A DNA stretch of 64,000 nucleotides from a bacterium (GTDB lineage Bacteria > UBP6 > JAFGXH01). Within the stretch, counting starts at the first letter, position 1. Each line of letters opens with the position of its first letter. The DNA lies in NCBI GenBank assembly GCA_016936735.1, contig JAFGXH010000321.1, positions 7,221 through 71,220 on the forward strand. The letters run 5' to 3'. The notes under the pieces were generated by a model. It did no database searches. It saw nothing but the letters and a program-made list of their open reading frames with translations, and was not told where the DNA came from. The translations under genes and the position numbers were made by a program. Below, one piece after another: positions 9,074 through 19,065 of this stretch.

Positions 9074-10677
9074 TACTCTAAAACCTCATCTGTAAACTCT
9101 GGTGATATCCATAAATCAATATCACTTTTTTTATCAATTATAACCTTTTTATTATCATTAATTGTTGATGATAACATATCAAAATAGAGTATTTTTTTTA
9201 TCACTCTTTTATATTTTTGAAAATTTTCAAAAATTTTTGATTGAGAATAAAACTCCCCTTCTGCCCTTTTTATTTTATCATTTTTATCAATCTCTGCTTC
9301 ACCTATTTTTTGGTAAGACTCAATAGATGCCATTGATAATAGGATTGTTTTATAGTTCTTGGCTTTATTCAGTTGTTCAATCTGTTCTTGATTTGTAGCA
9401 ACTAAATCCTCAAAAGCCTCTGCAACATCTTTTGGTGGATGAACATCTTTTAAATATAAAGATATAATCTCAATACCACTATCAATCTCACTCATTTTCT
9501 CTTTTATCTGCTTCTCAATTAATTTGATAACTTTATCCCTATTCTCTAAAATAATATCATTAAAACTAGTAGCTAGATATATTTTTGTTATTTCAGAATT
9601 AATTGCATCTGTTATAATCTCAACATGATCCTTAAAATTTAAAAAATATTTTTTAGGGTTACCAATCCTATATTCCAAAATAAAATATGGTAATACGAAA
9701 TTATCATCTCCTGTAATCATCATAGTTGGATTGCCATGCTGTTGAGCCCAAATTAAAGGACCATTCCCTATATTTCCAATCTCTATTTTATTAATAATAC
9801 CTGTTTGAATATATACAATTTTATCAATAGGGGTTGGATATTTAAAATAGATTCCTGAAGAGTTCACAGAGATAATTTTACCAAATCTTAGTTGAAGAGC
9901 AGTAAAACCATACTCCACTTTATAAAAAATATTCATAATAAGAGCTATCATCATAAATATTAAAAAGGATATAATAACCCTTTTTTTACTAATATTTATT
10001 TTCTCAAAAATGGATGTAATAAACCATCTCTTTTGAAAAACATCTAAAAGAGAGTCTCTATCAGCCTTTAATGCTGAAATAGTATTAATAAATAGTTGAA
10101 AAGAGAATGATAGTATTACAAATGCTAAAAAAGCGGCAGAATACCTATCAATATTAATTCCCCTACTATATAAAATAAGAGTAAACCCTGTTATTAAAGA
10201 GGTTATCATATCTGTTTTTGAGTGCATACTATCTGCTTTTAGTGCAGGAGAACTCTCTTTTTCTCCAACAATCTGTTGAAATTTAAAAAGAAAATAGGAT
10301 GTAAAAGAGAATATAATAAACAGAATTCCAGTAAATAGAGCACCTTTAATTATCATTTTATTATAGTAAAAAACCTGATAAAATATTGACAACGATATAT
10401 ATGATAGAAAAACTGAGATTAACAATGCTGAAATCAACTCAGGTTTTTTACTTTTTGTTTTAGAAGAGAGTTGTATTGCAATAAAAACAAAAAAGGTTGT
10501 AGCAAAATCACTAAAACCATGCCAAGCCTCTGTGTATGCTGTTAAACTTCCTGAGATAAAATAGACTAAAAATTTACCTGCTGTTACTAAAATAACAATT
10601 ATTATTGATATAAGTGATGTTTTTTGAGATAATGTCATATTCTGTCCTTTTATAGCAAAATTATGGAGATATAACAA
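9073..10677 (-). CDS. Membrane protein fusing a cation-diffusion-facilitator-like 6-TM domain to an SPFH/band-7 (HflK/HflC-like) domain
   Basis: Two HxxxD motifs (AWHGFSD and MHSKTDM) sit in hydrophobic helices, as in CDF transmembrane helices TM2 and TM5. There is an extra TM helix (ISFLIFMMIALIMNIFY). Then VEYGFTALQLRFGKIISV...YLKDVHPPKDVAEAFEDLVATNQEQIEQL is a typical prohibitin-homology domain followed by a coiled coil. Confidence 0.55.
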   Translation of the reverse strand: MLYLHNFAIKGQNMTLSQKTSLISIIIVILVTAGKFLVYFISGSLTAYTEAWHGFSDFATTFFVFIAIQLSSKTKSKKPELISALLISVFLSYISLSIFYQVFYYNKMIIKGALFTGILFIIFSFTSYFLFKFQQIVGEKESSPALKADSMHSKTDMITSLITGFTLILYSRGINIDRYSAAFLAFVILSFSFQLFINTISALKADRDSLLDVFQKRWFITSIFEKINISKKRVIISFLIFMMIALIMNIFYKVEYGFTALQLRFGKIISVNSSGIYFKYPTPIDKIVYIQTGIINKIEIGNIGNGPLIWAQQHGNPTMMITGDDNFVLPYFILEYRIGNPKKYFLNFKDHVEIITDAINSEITKIYLATSFNDIILENRDKVIKLIEKQIKEKMSEIDSGIEIISLYLKDVHPPKDVAEAFEDLVATNQEQIEQLNKAKNYKTILLSMASIESYQKIGEAEIDKNDKIKRAEGEFYSQSKIFENFQKYKRVIKKILYFDMLSSTINDNKKVIIDKKSDIDLWISPEFTDEVLE

Positions 10678-10834
10678 TTTTAATAGATTTTATTCTAAAA
10701 TCTATTTTTCCATAAAGTTATAAACTATAAATTATAACAATACAAATAAAAATTTTTATCTGGTTATAAAATAGTTACCAATTTAATTATTTAAGAAAGT
10801 TCTTTGATTTTAATGAGATATTTTTGTATTGTAA

Positions 10835-12340
10835 TTAGAATTTAATAATTAAGAAAGATGAGAGAGAATAAGCTATTTCAGCACTAAAATCTTTATTGTC
10901 TTCAGAATCATCACCATTTCGCTCTTTATTGCTTCCAAGCCAATCCATACCAGCACCAGGAATAAAAAGTCCTGCAGCAATACCAAAGTTAATTCCATCT
11001 GAAGTAACATATTGTACTTGTAGATCAAACTCTAATCCAAGATATGGATCTCTACCAAATGTAGCCTCATTTTTTAATGCCTGTGTATATACACTCCAAA
11101 AATCTAATGTTATTGTTGGATGAATATTATATGTAACATGAGGTTTAACATAAAATAGATCTGTAAGAATACCAATCTGTTTTAAAAAGATTAAATCAAC
11201 TTGATAATCTGGAGCAAATCTAAAATTACCACTTGGAAGTGCTGAACCATTAAATACAGTATTGTAAGTATCATAATCCTCATCACCAGATGCAACACCA
11301 GCATCAATACCAAACTTTAAAGTGTTTGCTAAAAATGATAGATTGGTTTCAATAGCACCACCCCATTTATTAAAACTGCTACCATTATCATCTCCTGTTA
11401 TCCAAACTAACTCAGATTTTATAGAGAAGAATCTTCCAGAGTAAAAAGATAAAAATGCATCAAGAGTATAAGCAGAGTAGTCATCTGAATTATAGTTGTC
11501 AATAGCCTCTGATGTTGATGGATCAACTGTTTGATAGATATTATCTCTACTTCCATAAGAGGCAAATATACCCCATTCAAAAAGATTTTTACCACTTTTA
11601 AGATACTCATCTCTTTTTTCACTATCCATCTCATCTCTAAGAGTTAAAACCCATTCAGTTTTATCATCTAAATCCTCTCTATCATAATTTAAAGATGAGC
11701 TATAGTTTGAGGGATTTTGACCTGGAAAACTTTCCGAAACCTCATATGATAAAGAGGCTTTAAAATTTGGTAATAGAACCTCTATTGGATTTGTCTCAAA
11801 ATATAGTTGATCTATATAGCTTCCATAGTTTGCTTGAGTTGATTTTCCATCATTTCTAAATATTCCAAGCCCCCAATTAGTTGCAACTCTACCAAGTTTT
11901 ACTTTTCCAAAAGGGGTTTTTAATATAGCATAACCCTCTTTTACAGCTAGTTTATCCCCTTTTACATCTGTACCAAAAAGTGAATTATCAAACACATCAA
12001 GAGTAAAGATAGATTGAACATACTCTCCAACATTCAAAATAGGAGAGAATCTAAATCTTGTATTATATGAGATTACACTATCATCAAGAGGTTTTCCTTT
12101 ATGAACCTCATTAAGTGTTGGAAGATATTGAGATGAACCATATATTTGGCCACTATTTACATCTCTATTCCAAGCATTTAAATCAAAATTATCTCTATAA
12201 AAATATTGAAATCTAAAATATCCATCAAAAGAGAGATATTTTGTAGTCTCCTTTTTAAAAAGGAGTAAATCTGAATCTGTTGTCTCAACTGAAAACAGAA
12301 TTGTTGGTAAAATTAACAGAAATAATAGATATTTTTTCAT
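10835..12340 (-). CDS. Outer-membrane beta-barrel protein (putative porin or export channel)
   Basis: It has a signal peptide (MKKYLLFLLILPTILFSVETT), about 480 aa with an alternating beta-strand pattern, and a C-terminal ...SFLIIKF with terminal Phe. Confidence 0.5.
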   Translation of the reverse strand: MKKYLLFLLILPTILFSVETTDSDLLLFKKETTKYLSFDGYFRFQYFYRDNFDLNAWNRDVNSGQIYGSSQYLPTLNEVHKGKPLDDSVISYNTRFRFSPILNVGEYVQSIFTLDVFDNSLFGTDVKGDKLAVKEGYAILKTPFGKVKLGRVATNWGLGIFRNDGKSTQANYGSYIDQLYFETNPIEVLLPNFKASLSYEVSESFPGQNPSNYSSSLNYDREDLDDKTEWVLTLRDEMDSEKRDEYLKSGKNLFEWGIFASYGSRDNIYQTVDPSTSEAIDNYNSDDYSAYTLDAFLSFYSGRFFSIKSELVWITGDDNGSSFNKWGGAIETNLSFLANTLKFGIDAGVASGDEDYDTYNTVFNGSALPSGNFRFAPDYQVDLIFLKQIGILTDLFYVKPHVTYNIHPTITLDFWSVYTQALKNEATFGRDPYLGLEFDLQVQYVTSDGINFGIAAGLFIPGAGMDWLGSNKERNGDDSEDNKDFSAEIAYSLSSFLIIKF

Positions 12341-12367
12341 AAAAATCTCCAGAAATTAGCAGAGCTT

Positions 12368-12784
12368 CTACTCTATTGCCATTTTTTGATTTAACTCAAT
12401 TAGGTGACCACAATTTTTAGGATGAAGAAAAACTATTTTTGTATTATGAATACCATCTGTTGGTTTTTCATTTATAAAATTAGCCCCCATCTCTTTATAA
12501 TATAATACTGCAGCCTCAATATCAAAAACTTCATAACAGATATGATGAATTCCCTCACCTTTTTTTTCAATATATTTAGCAATTGGTGACTCTGGTGAAG
12601 TTGGTTCTAATAACTCTATTTTAACACCATTTTGAATAAAAATAGCTGTTTTAATTTTTTGAGATTCAACTGTTTCATATCCCATAAACTCCATTTGAAA
12701 TATATCTTTATAAAAATGGTAGGAGCGTTCTAAATTAGATACAGCAAAAGCAACATGGTCAACCTTTTTAATAAAATTATCCAT
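12368..12784 (-). CDS. Methylmalonyl-CoA epimerase / VOC (glyoxalase-fold) family enzyme
   Basis: The motifs DHVAFAV, VKIELLEP, GEGIHHICYEV, IVFLHPK and GHLIELNQ match methylmalonyl-CoA epimerase conserved blocks. Confidence 0.7.
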   Translation of the reverse strand: MDNFIKKVDHVAFAVSNLERSYHFYKDIFQMEFMGYETVESQKIKTAIFIQNGVKIELLEPTSPESPIAKYIEKKGEGIHHICYEVFDIEAAVLYYKEMGANFINEKPTDGIHNTKIVFLHPKNCGHLIELNQKMAIE

Positions 12785-12976
12785 AAAAACCTCAAAACAG
12801 TAAAGAGTTGGATTTTATCATAAGAGATAACTAAAAACAATAGTTTTATAACAAAAAAATAGCAATTTAATTTCAGTAGATTTATTAATAAATTTACTAT
12901 TTAAAGCTATTTTTTCATCAATGAATAGAATTATAAAGTATTTTAAAATAGTGTTTTTTGGAAATAAAATAGTTTA

Positions 12977-15925
12977 TTAAATAATATTCAACTCTTTTTT
13001 CAATCTTCTAACATTTGATAATTTAAGCTGCATATTATAGTTTTCATAAATTGTTTCTGCCTGAAGAAGAAGTTTTTTAGCTTTACTTTTCTTCCCTTTA
13101 CCAAAAAGATATTGAGCATAAGAGATATTTGTTTGTGCCATCAATGGTTCAGATACTTTTCTTAATATATCAGAGCTTTGAAGATAGTAGTTTTCTGCTG
13201 GCTCAACTCCATCATTATCATCTCTGGCTGTATTAAAAATAGTTTCAGCCTCAATATCTCCAAAAATACATAAAACTCTACCTTTAACTTGATTATCTCC
13301 TATCTCTGCACCTAAATCCAAAGCCTGATTTAAAAATATTTTAGCTTTTTGCACCTCTCTTTGTTTAAAAGAGAGTTCTCCAAGATTTAGATAGTTATGA
13401 GCTAAAATTCTTTTATTAGATGTTTCTAATGCAATCTCTAGAGCATTTTTAATATAATCCTCCGCCTTATTCAGTTGATTATTTTCTAAAAGAAGCTCTC
13501 CTAAATTATTAAGACATATTGCTTGGAATTTAACATCACCAATCTCTTCTGCTATTGTTAAAGATTTCATCCATAATGCTTTTGCCTGTGCATCATCCCC
13601 TTTATTATAAGTGAGTGTTGCCATATTATTTAAAGAAGCCATTTCACCTTTTCTATCTTTATTCTCTTTTCTAAGTTTATAAGCCTCTAATAAATACTCC
13701 TCTGCCTCTTTAACAAATCCCTGAGAATAGTATAAAAGACCAATATTATTAAGAGATAATGCTATTGAAATTGTATCATTTAGTTTTTTTCTTATCTCTA
13801 AAGATGTCATATAACGTTGAAGTGCTTTATCAAAAAGCCCCTTTTGCCAATATAAACGTCCCATATCATCTTGAGTTGATGCAATTCCTCTTCTATCTCT
13901 TCCCATATTAAAATAATCATAAGCCTGTTGTAGATATCTTTCAGCCTTTTCATGTTCACCCTGATCTCTACAAATTCTACCAATTTTATTATATGCAGCA
14001 CCAACTTTATTATAATGGATTATTATTATAGCTAACTGTGCCATCTGTTTAAATGATTGAATTGAGGGCTCTATTTTTCCAATAAGATTATATAATGAAC
14101 CTAAATTATGAAGAATCTCTATTCTAAAAAGAGCATTCTCTTGAGGTAAGATTTTAAGAGCCTCTTCATAATACTCAATTGCCTTTCTATTTGCATATCT
14201 CTCTTCAGCTCTCTCTCCAGCCATAAAAAAATATTTAGCTGCCTTATAAAACTCTCCTGCATTTTTATATTGATGTGATATTAACTCAATAAATACCTCA
14301 ACAGATGTATCTGATTTTGATTCAAGATATTGAGCAAGATAGTTATGATATAGTTTTCTATCATTTTCGGGAATAGAGTTATAAAGATACTGTTGCTCAC
14401 TATCATGATTAAATCTAAACTCCTGCTCTTTTCTTGCATTTCCTGAAGTCTGTTTTATTATAATTCCACTATTTATAAGTGTGTCAAGTGTAAAATCTAT
14501 TTTTTCAACAAGGTCTGAAACCATCCATAAAGATTTTTTCTCTGGATTTTTAATGATTGTTAAATCAACATTTATTAAAACCTGAAGATAGTTTTTATAA
14601 AACACTTTTCCTGCAATAGATGCCAATTGTAAAAGAATATATTGAAAGGGATCAATTCTATCAAATTTTGCCTGAATTCTCTCCTCTATTGTAGTAGGAA
14701 TTTTCACTCTTCTTAGTGCCTGTTCATCTAACTCTGTAACTTTTCCTTTTTTTTGAACCAATACATTTGAATCCATAAAGTATTTAATACTCTCTTCAAT
14801 ATGAAAAGGTAGTCCTTTTGTATTTTTTGCAATCATATCTAATGTTTGGGAATCTATTTTAGGAATCTCTTTTAAAATCTCTTTTATCATTGTAAAGGTA
14901 TCATTCATACTTAAGGATTGAAGTTGAATATAATATCTTCTAAAAGACTCCCCTTTTAAAAAGCGTTGGATTCTATCTTGTGGTTCTGATGTCATTATAA
15001 ATATTATATTTTTAAAGTTTGGAAGAGATAGAAAATACTCAATCATATCCATTGAGCGAATATCAGAGTTATGAATATCTTTTATTGCAATAATAAGAGA
15101 TTTTTTAGATGTATATTGACTAAAAAGATGTCTAAAACTTCTTTTTAAAATTCTATCAAAAGACATAATATCCATTTTTTCAATCTCTTCAGAGCTTTTA
15201 AGTTTTAAAAGACGATGAAAAACCCCCTTTAATTCGTGATAAAGATGAAATGGAGTGTTCTCTTTTAAAAATATTTTTAATTTTTGTATCTGAATCTCTT
15301 TTAAATCATTTTCAGATATTTTTCCCATTTTTTGAAGAATTGATTTAAAAATAGAGTAATCCTCATTTTTTGAGTTTAATTTAGCCTGTAACTCAATTCT
15401 AAAAGAGTCATTCTCTCTTAATTTACTAAAAAACTCAGATATAAATCTAGTTTTACCAACACCAGCCTCACCAACAATTGTTATTGAGCAGGCCTGTGTA
15501 TTTATTTTTGCCTCTTGATAAATCTGCCTTAAATTAAAAATCTCTGAATCTCTACCAATAAGCCTACTAGACATCCCTTTTGATTCAAAAACAGGTTTTG
15601 AATCATCTATTTGAACATCTTTTATTATTTCATCAATACTACTCTCTAAATAATCATTATCTTTTATTAATGGATTCTTTTTTTTTATTGATAAATCCTC
15701 TTCAAAAATTAACTCACTTACATCTAATTGATATGTTAAATCATCATTTCTATAAATGGGTTCTTCATTTGAGGAGTTGATTAAACTTTGTAACTCCGTT
15801 TCAAACTCATTTTCACTCTCATTTGGATCTGGGTCAATATCTAAAATATATTGACATTTTGGACAGATATAAAAATCATACTCCTCTTTGTGATTACAGT
15901 TAGGACAAATCATCAAAACCTCCAA
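12977..15925 (-). CDS. Zinc-ribbon / P-loop NTPase (AAA_16/STAND-like) / TPR-repeat protein
   Basis: The N-terminus has CPNCNHKEEYDFYICPKCQY, a double zinc ribbon. There is a Walker A motif, ITIVGEAGVGKTRFISEF. The C-terminal ~450 aa are stacked TPR units (for example AICLNNLGELLLENNQLNKAEDYIKNALEIA). Confidence 0.6.
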   Translation of the reverse strand: MEVLMICPNCNHKEEYDFYICPKCQYILDIDPDPNESENEFETELQSLINSSNEEPIYRNDDLTYQLDVSELIFEEDLSIKKKNPLIKDNDYLESSIDEIIKDVQIDDSKPVFESKGMSSRLIGRDSEIFNLRQIYQEAKINTQACSITIVGEAGVGKTRFISEFFSKLRENDSFRIELQAKLNSKNEDYSIFKSILQKMGKISENDLKEIQIQKLKIFLKENTPFHLYHELKGVFHRLLKLKSSEEIEKMDIMSFDRILKRSFRHLFSQYTSKKSLIIAIKDIHNSDIRSMDMIEYFLSLPNFKNIIFIMTSEPQDRIQRFLKGESFRRYYIQLQSLSMNDTFTMIKEILKEIPKIDSQTLDMIAKNTKGLPFHIEESIKYFMDSNVLVQKKGKVTELDEQALRRVKIPTTIEERIQAKFDRIDPFQYILLQLASIAGKVFYKNYLQVLINVDLTIIKNPEKKSLWMVSDLVEKIDFTLDTLINSGIIIKQTSGNARKEQEFRFNHDSEQQYLYNSIPENDRKLYHNYLAQYLESKSDTSVEVFIELISHQYKNAGEFYKAAKYFFMAGERAEERYANRKAIEYYEEALKILPQENALFRIEILHNLGSLYNLIGKIEPSIQSFKQMAQLAIIIIHYNKVGAAYNKIGRICRDQGEHEKAERYLQQAYDYFNMGRDRRGIASTQDDMGRLYWQKGLFDKALQRYMTSLEIRKKLNDTISIALSLNNIGLLYYSQGFVKEAEEYLLEAYKLRKENKDRKGEMASLNNMATLTYNKGDDAQAKALWMKSLTIAEEIGDVKFQAICLNNLGELLLENNQLNKAEDYIKNALEIALETSNKRILAHNYLNLGELSFKQREVQKAKIFLNQALDLGAEIGDNQVKGRVLCIFGDIEAETIFNTARDDNDGVEPAENYYLQSSDILRKVSEPLMAQTNISYAQYLFGKGKKSKAKKLLLQAETIYENYNMQLKLSNVRRLKKELNII

Positions 15926-16161
15926 ATGTTAAAAAAATATTAGCTTTCAAAGCGTAATATTATAACATAAAGAGAGTAAGTAACCAATTATTTTTTTAAT
16001 TTTGTTGAGAATATAAACTATTTTATATTAAATTAATATACAAAGAGATTATTTAGATAATTAAATAGTTTTTATTATATATAAATTTTGTAACATTATT
16101 ACAATAAAAAACAGAAATTATCTTTTTAAATTAGAAGATTATTTGGGAGTTATAAAACAGA

Positions 16162-17181
16162 CTAATTTTGATTATTTTTTATAGATTCAATCTCTTGAAA
16201 TAGTCTTAAAACTAATTGTTTCACACCTTCATGAAGAGGAGCAGATATAAAATATATCTCATCAGTAACTTCAGAAAAAACAGATTTTATATCTTCAAAA
16301 ATAGAGTCATTATCTATTAAATCTATTTTTGATATAGCAATAATCTCTTTTTTATTTTTTAAATCTTCACTAAACTTCAATAACTCATTTCTGATAGTTT
16401 TATATTGATTCAACAAATAGTCTACTCCATTTTCAGAATTATATGCAACAAGATGAAGAAGAAGTTTTGTTCGTTCAATATGTTTTAAAAACTCCAATCC
16501 CAGTCCAGCTCCTTCATGAGCTCCCTCAATAATACCAGGAATATCTGCAACCACAAAATTATTGTAATAATCAATTGAAACAACACCTAAATGTGGAATT
16601 AGTGTTGTAAATGGATAATCTGCAATCTCTGGTGTTGCATTTGATACAACAGATATAAAAGTTGATTTTCCTGCATTTGGAAATCCAATAATACCAACAT
16701 CTGCAATAGATTTTAACTCAAGCTTTATTTTAAGAGTCTCCCCAGATAATCCTGGTTGTGAATAGTGAGGAACCTGATTTATTGAGTTTCTAAAATGCCA
16801 ATTTCCTAATCCACCCTTTCCACCCTTTAAAAGAGTAATCTCCTGCTCATGTTCAGTAATATCAGCAAGAATTTCATCTGTTTCAGCATCTTTTATAATT
16901 GTTCCACATGGAACATAAAGTATAACATCATCGCCTTTCTTTCCAGCCTTCTTCTGACCTTTTCCAGCAGTTCCATCTGTTGCACGATAATATCTATTCT
17001 GTCTGAGATGATAAAGAGTATTGTAGGAATTTGAACCAATAAAACGGACAGCCCCTCCGTCACCGCCATCGCCTCCATCAGGGCCACCCTCAGGTACATA
17101 TTTCTCTCTTCTGAAGCTTGTTACTCCTGCTCCCCCTTTTCCGGAAGAGACAGTTACAATAACCTCATCTAAAAATTTCAT
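16162..17181 (-). CDS. obg: GTPase Obg/CgtA
   Basis: It has the N-terminal Obg fold with glycine-rich GGxGGxGG runs (GGPDGGDGGDGGAV). The G-domain has GFPNAGKST. It is positioned after rplU-rpmA as in many bacteria. Confidence 0.9.
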   Translation of the reverse strand: MKFLDEVIVTVSSGKGGAGVTSFRREKYVPEGGPDGGDGGDGGAVRFIGSNSYNTLYHLRQNRYYRATDGTAGKGQKKAGKKGDDVILYVPCGTIIKDAETDEILADITEHEQEITLLKGGKGGLGNWHFRNSINQVPHYSQPGLSGETLKIKLELKSIADVGIIGFPNAGKSTFISVVSNATPEIADYPFTTLIPHLGVVSIDYYNNFVVADIPGIIEGAHEGAGLGLEFLKHIERTKLLLHLVAYNSENGVDYLLNQYKTIRNELLKFSEDLKNKKEIIAISKIDLIDNDSIFEDIKSVFSEVTDEIYFISAPLHEGVKQLVLRLFQEIESIKNNQN

Positions 17182-17184
17182 AGC

Positions 17185-17436
17185 TTATTCCGGATAAACC
17201 GAGATCTGTTTTCTTCCGTTACGGAGTTCAAATTTTACAACACCATCAACTAAAGCAAACAGAGTAAAATCTTTTCCTCTACCCACATTTTTTCCAGCAT
17301 GAAAGCTAGAACCTACCTGACGAACAAGAATATTTCCCGCAAGAACTTTTTGTCCACCAAATCTTTTTACACCGCGATATTGTGCATTACTGTCACGACC
17401 ATTACGGCTTGATCCTTGTCCCTTCTTATGAGCCAT
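17185..17436 (-). CDS. rpmA: 50S ribosomal protein L27
   Basis: [29 protein letters not shown]... is the canonical L27 sequence. Confidence 0.95.
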   Translation of the reverse strand: MAHKKGQGSSRNGRDSNAQYRGVKRFGGQKVLAGNILVRQVGSSFHAGKNVGRGKDFTLFALVDGVVKFELRNGRKQISVYPE

Positions 17437-17447
17437 TATTTACCTCA

Positions 17448-17762
17448 TTATTTATTTATTTTTTCAACTTTGAGTTCGGTATATTCATGACGAAAACCTT
17501 TAGTTTTCTTATAACCTTGTCTTCTTTTGAAACGAACCACTCTAATTTTATCACCTCTAAGATGACGTACTACAACAAGTTTAACAGAAGCTCCATCAAC
17601 ATATGGTTGACCAACTTTTAAATCATCACCATCTTGAATAAGAAGAACCTCTTTTAAATCGATTTCATTTCCTTGAGCAACTGCGGAGAGGTGATCAACT
17701 TTAAAAAGATCCCCTTCTTGTACTTTGTATTGTTTTCCGGCAGCTTTAATGATTGCATACAT
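17448..17762 (-). CDS. rplU: 50S ribosomal protein L21
   Basis: MYAIIKAAGKQYKVQEGD... is the canonical L21 N-terminus. It is 104 aa and lies upstream of rpmA. Confidence 0.95.
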   Translation of the reverse strand: MYAIIKAAGKQYKVQEGDLFKVDHLSAVAQGNEIDLKEVLLIQDGDDLKVGQPYVDGASVKLVVVRHLRGDKIRVVRFKRRQGYKKTKGFRHEYTELKVEKINK

Positions 17763-17949
17763 GGCAATACTCCACTAATAAACAGACTTGAAATATAACC
17801 TAAAGAGCTAAAATAGTCAAGTCTTTTCTAATTTTTTTTTAAAAAAACTTAAAAACGATTATTTTTTCTAATTAAATAACTCTTATCCTTGACATTTTCT
17901 AATTCATTTTATATTGTATGAAAATATATTGGTTACTGGCAATTAAACC

Positions 17950-18585
17950 ATGCAAAAAGAGACTTTTCAACTAATAAATGAGGCTTCACAACTGTTAGAT
18001 CAGTTTATAGAGGATATTGTTTTACTTGAACGAAAAATAATTGAACAAAAAAATGATAATGATGTTGAGTATTTTGTTGCAATTGCACTCCTTTTAGATT
18101 CTGAAACAAGAAAATCAATTGTAAATTATGCAAACAGATTTAAAATACAGGCTGATATATTTGAAAAATTTGAGGAGTTTCATGAAAGTGTTGAGAAAAA
18201 GGATTATAAAGCTCTTTTTTATACAACACAAACAGTTTCACAAAAACATTCAAAAATTTTAGATAATTTAAGAATTAAAAGAGTTGTAGTTGTTTCTGAT
18301 GCTCCAGTTGAAGAGACTCCAGTAGAGGGAACATGGTCTGGGTATTTCCAAATGAAAACACCACCAACTAATCCATCTCTTCACTCTATCGAACTTATTA
18401 GAAAAGGTAATCTCTCCGAATATTTGAGAATTATGAAAAGACTAAAAGATGATGCAGTAAAGGCCTCAAAAACAAGATACTATCTTGAAATAATAAAACA
18501 GAATCATAAAGAGCATTTTCTAAAATATATTGAGATAAAAAAAGAGATATTAAAAATAAAACAACAATTAAAAAATGGATTTTAA
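17950..18585 (+). CDS. Hypothetical protein (211 aa, no recognisable domain)
   Basis: It is a long ORF in a gene-dense context, divergent from rplU. I recognise no motifs. Confidence 0.35.
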   Translation: MQKETFQLINEASQLLDQFIEDIVLLERKIIEQKNDNDVEYFVAIALLLDSETRKSIVNYANRFKIQADIFEKFEEFHESVEKKDYKALFYTTQTVSQKHSKILDNLRIKRVVVVSDAPVEETPVEGTWSGYFQMKTPPTNPSLHSIELIRKGNLSEYLRIMKRLKDDAVKASKTRYYLEIIKQNHKEHFLKYIEIKKEILKIKQQLKNGF

Positions 18586-18691
18586 CTACCAAAAGATATT
18601 TACTCTATTTTATTGAAGATTTGTTTGAAAAATCTATTTTATTTATAGTATAAATAAAAATTCATGTTATACCATTTAAGAGGTGAAATTT

Positions 18692-19045
18692 ATGAGTATT
18701 GATAAAAGGAAAAATCAGAGAGCAGGAATAAAAGTTTGGGCAGAAAATAATAACCAAAATGAGGTTGCATTATGGTTAGGAGAGGAGTTTAAAAATTTAC
18801 CAGAGTTCACTTTCTGTTACTCTACACGAAATATATCATCCTCAGGGATTTTTCTTGAAACAAAAACTCCTCTTGATTTAGAATCACTACTAGAGCTTGA
18901 ATTTACACTTCCTCCAGATAATGTTAAAATAGAGATTACAGGTAAAGTTGTTCATATTAATGAGGAGGGGATGGGAATTGAGTTTATTGATATGGATGAG
19001 GAGGTAAAAGTGATAATAGATGATTTTGTAGAGAAAAATAGTTAA
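18692..19045 (+). CDS. PilZ-domain (c-di-GMP-binding) protein
   Basis: KRKNQRAG is RxxxR-like, and RNISSSGIFLET is the D/NxSxxG motif; together they make the PilZ signature. I chose the ATG at 18692 because AAGAGGTG sits 7 nt upstream. The ORF track starts at a GTG at 18683. Confidence 0.65.
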   Translation: MSIDKRKNQRAGIKVWAENNNQNEVALWLGEEFKNLPEFTFCYSTRNISSSGIFLETKTPLDLESLLELEFTLPPDNVKIEITGKVVHINEEGMGIEFIDMDEEVKVIIDDFVEKNS

Positions 19046-19065
19046 CTATTATAGAAGGAATATTA

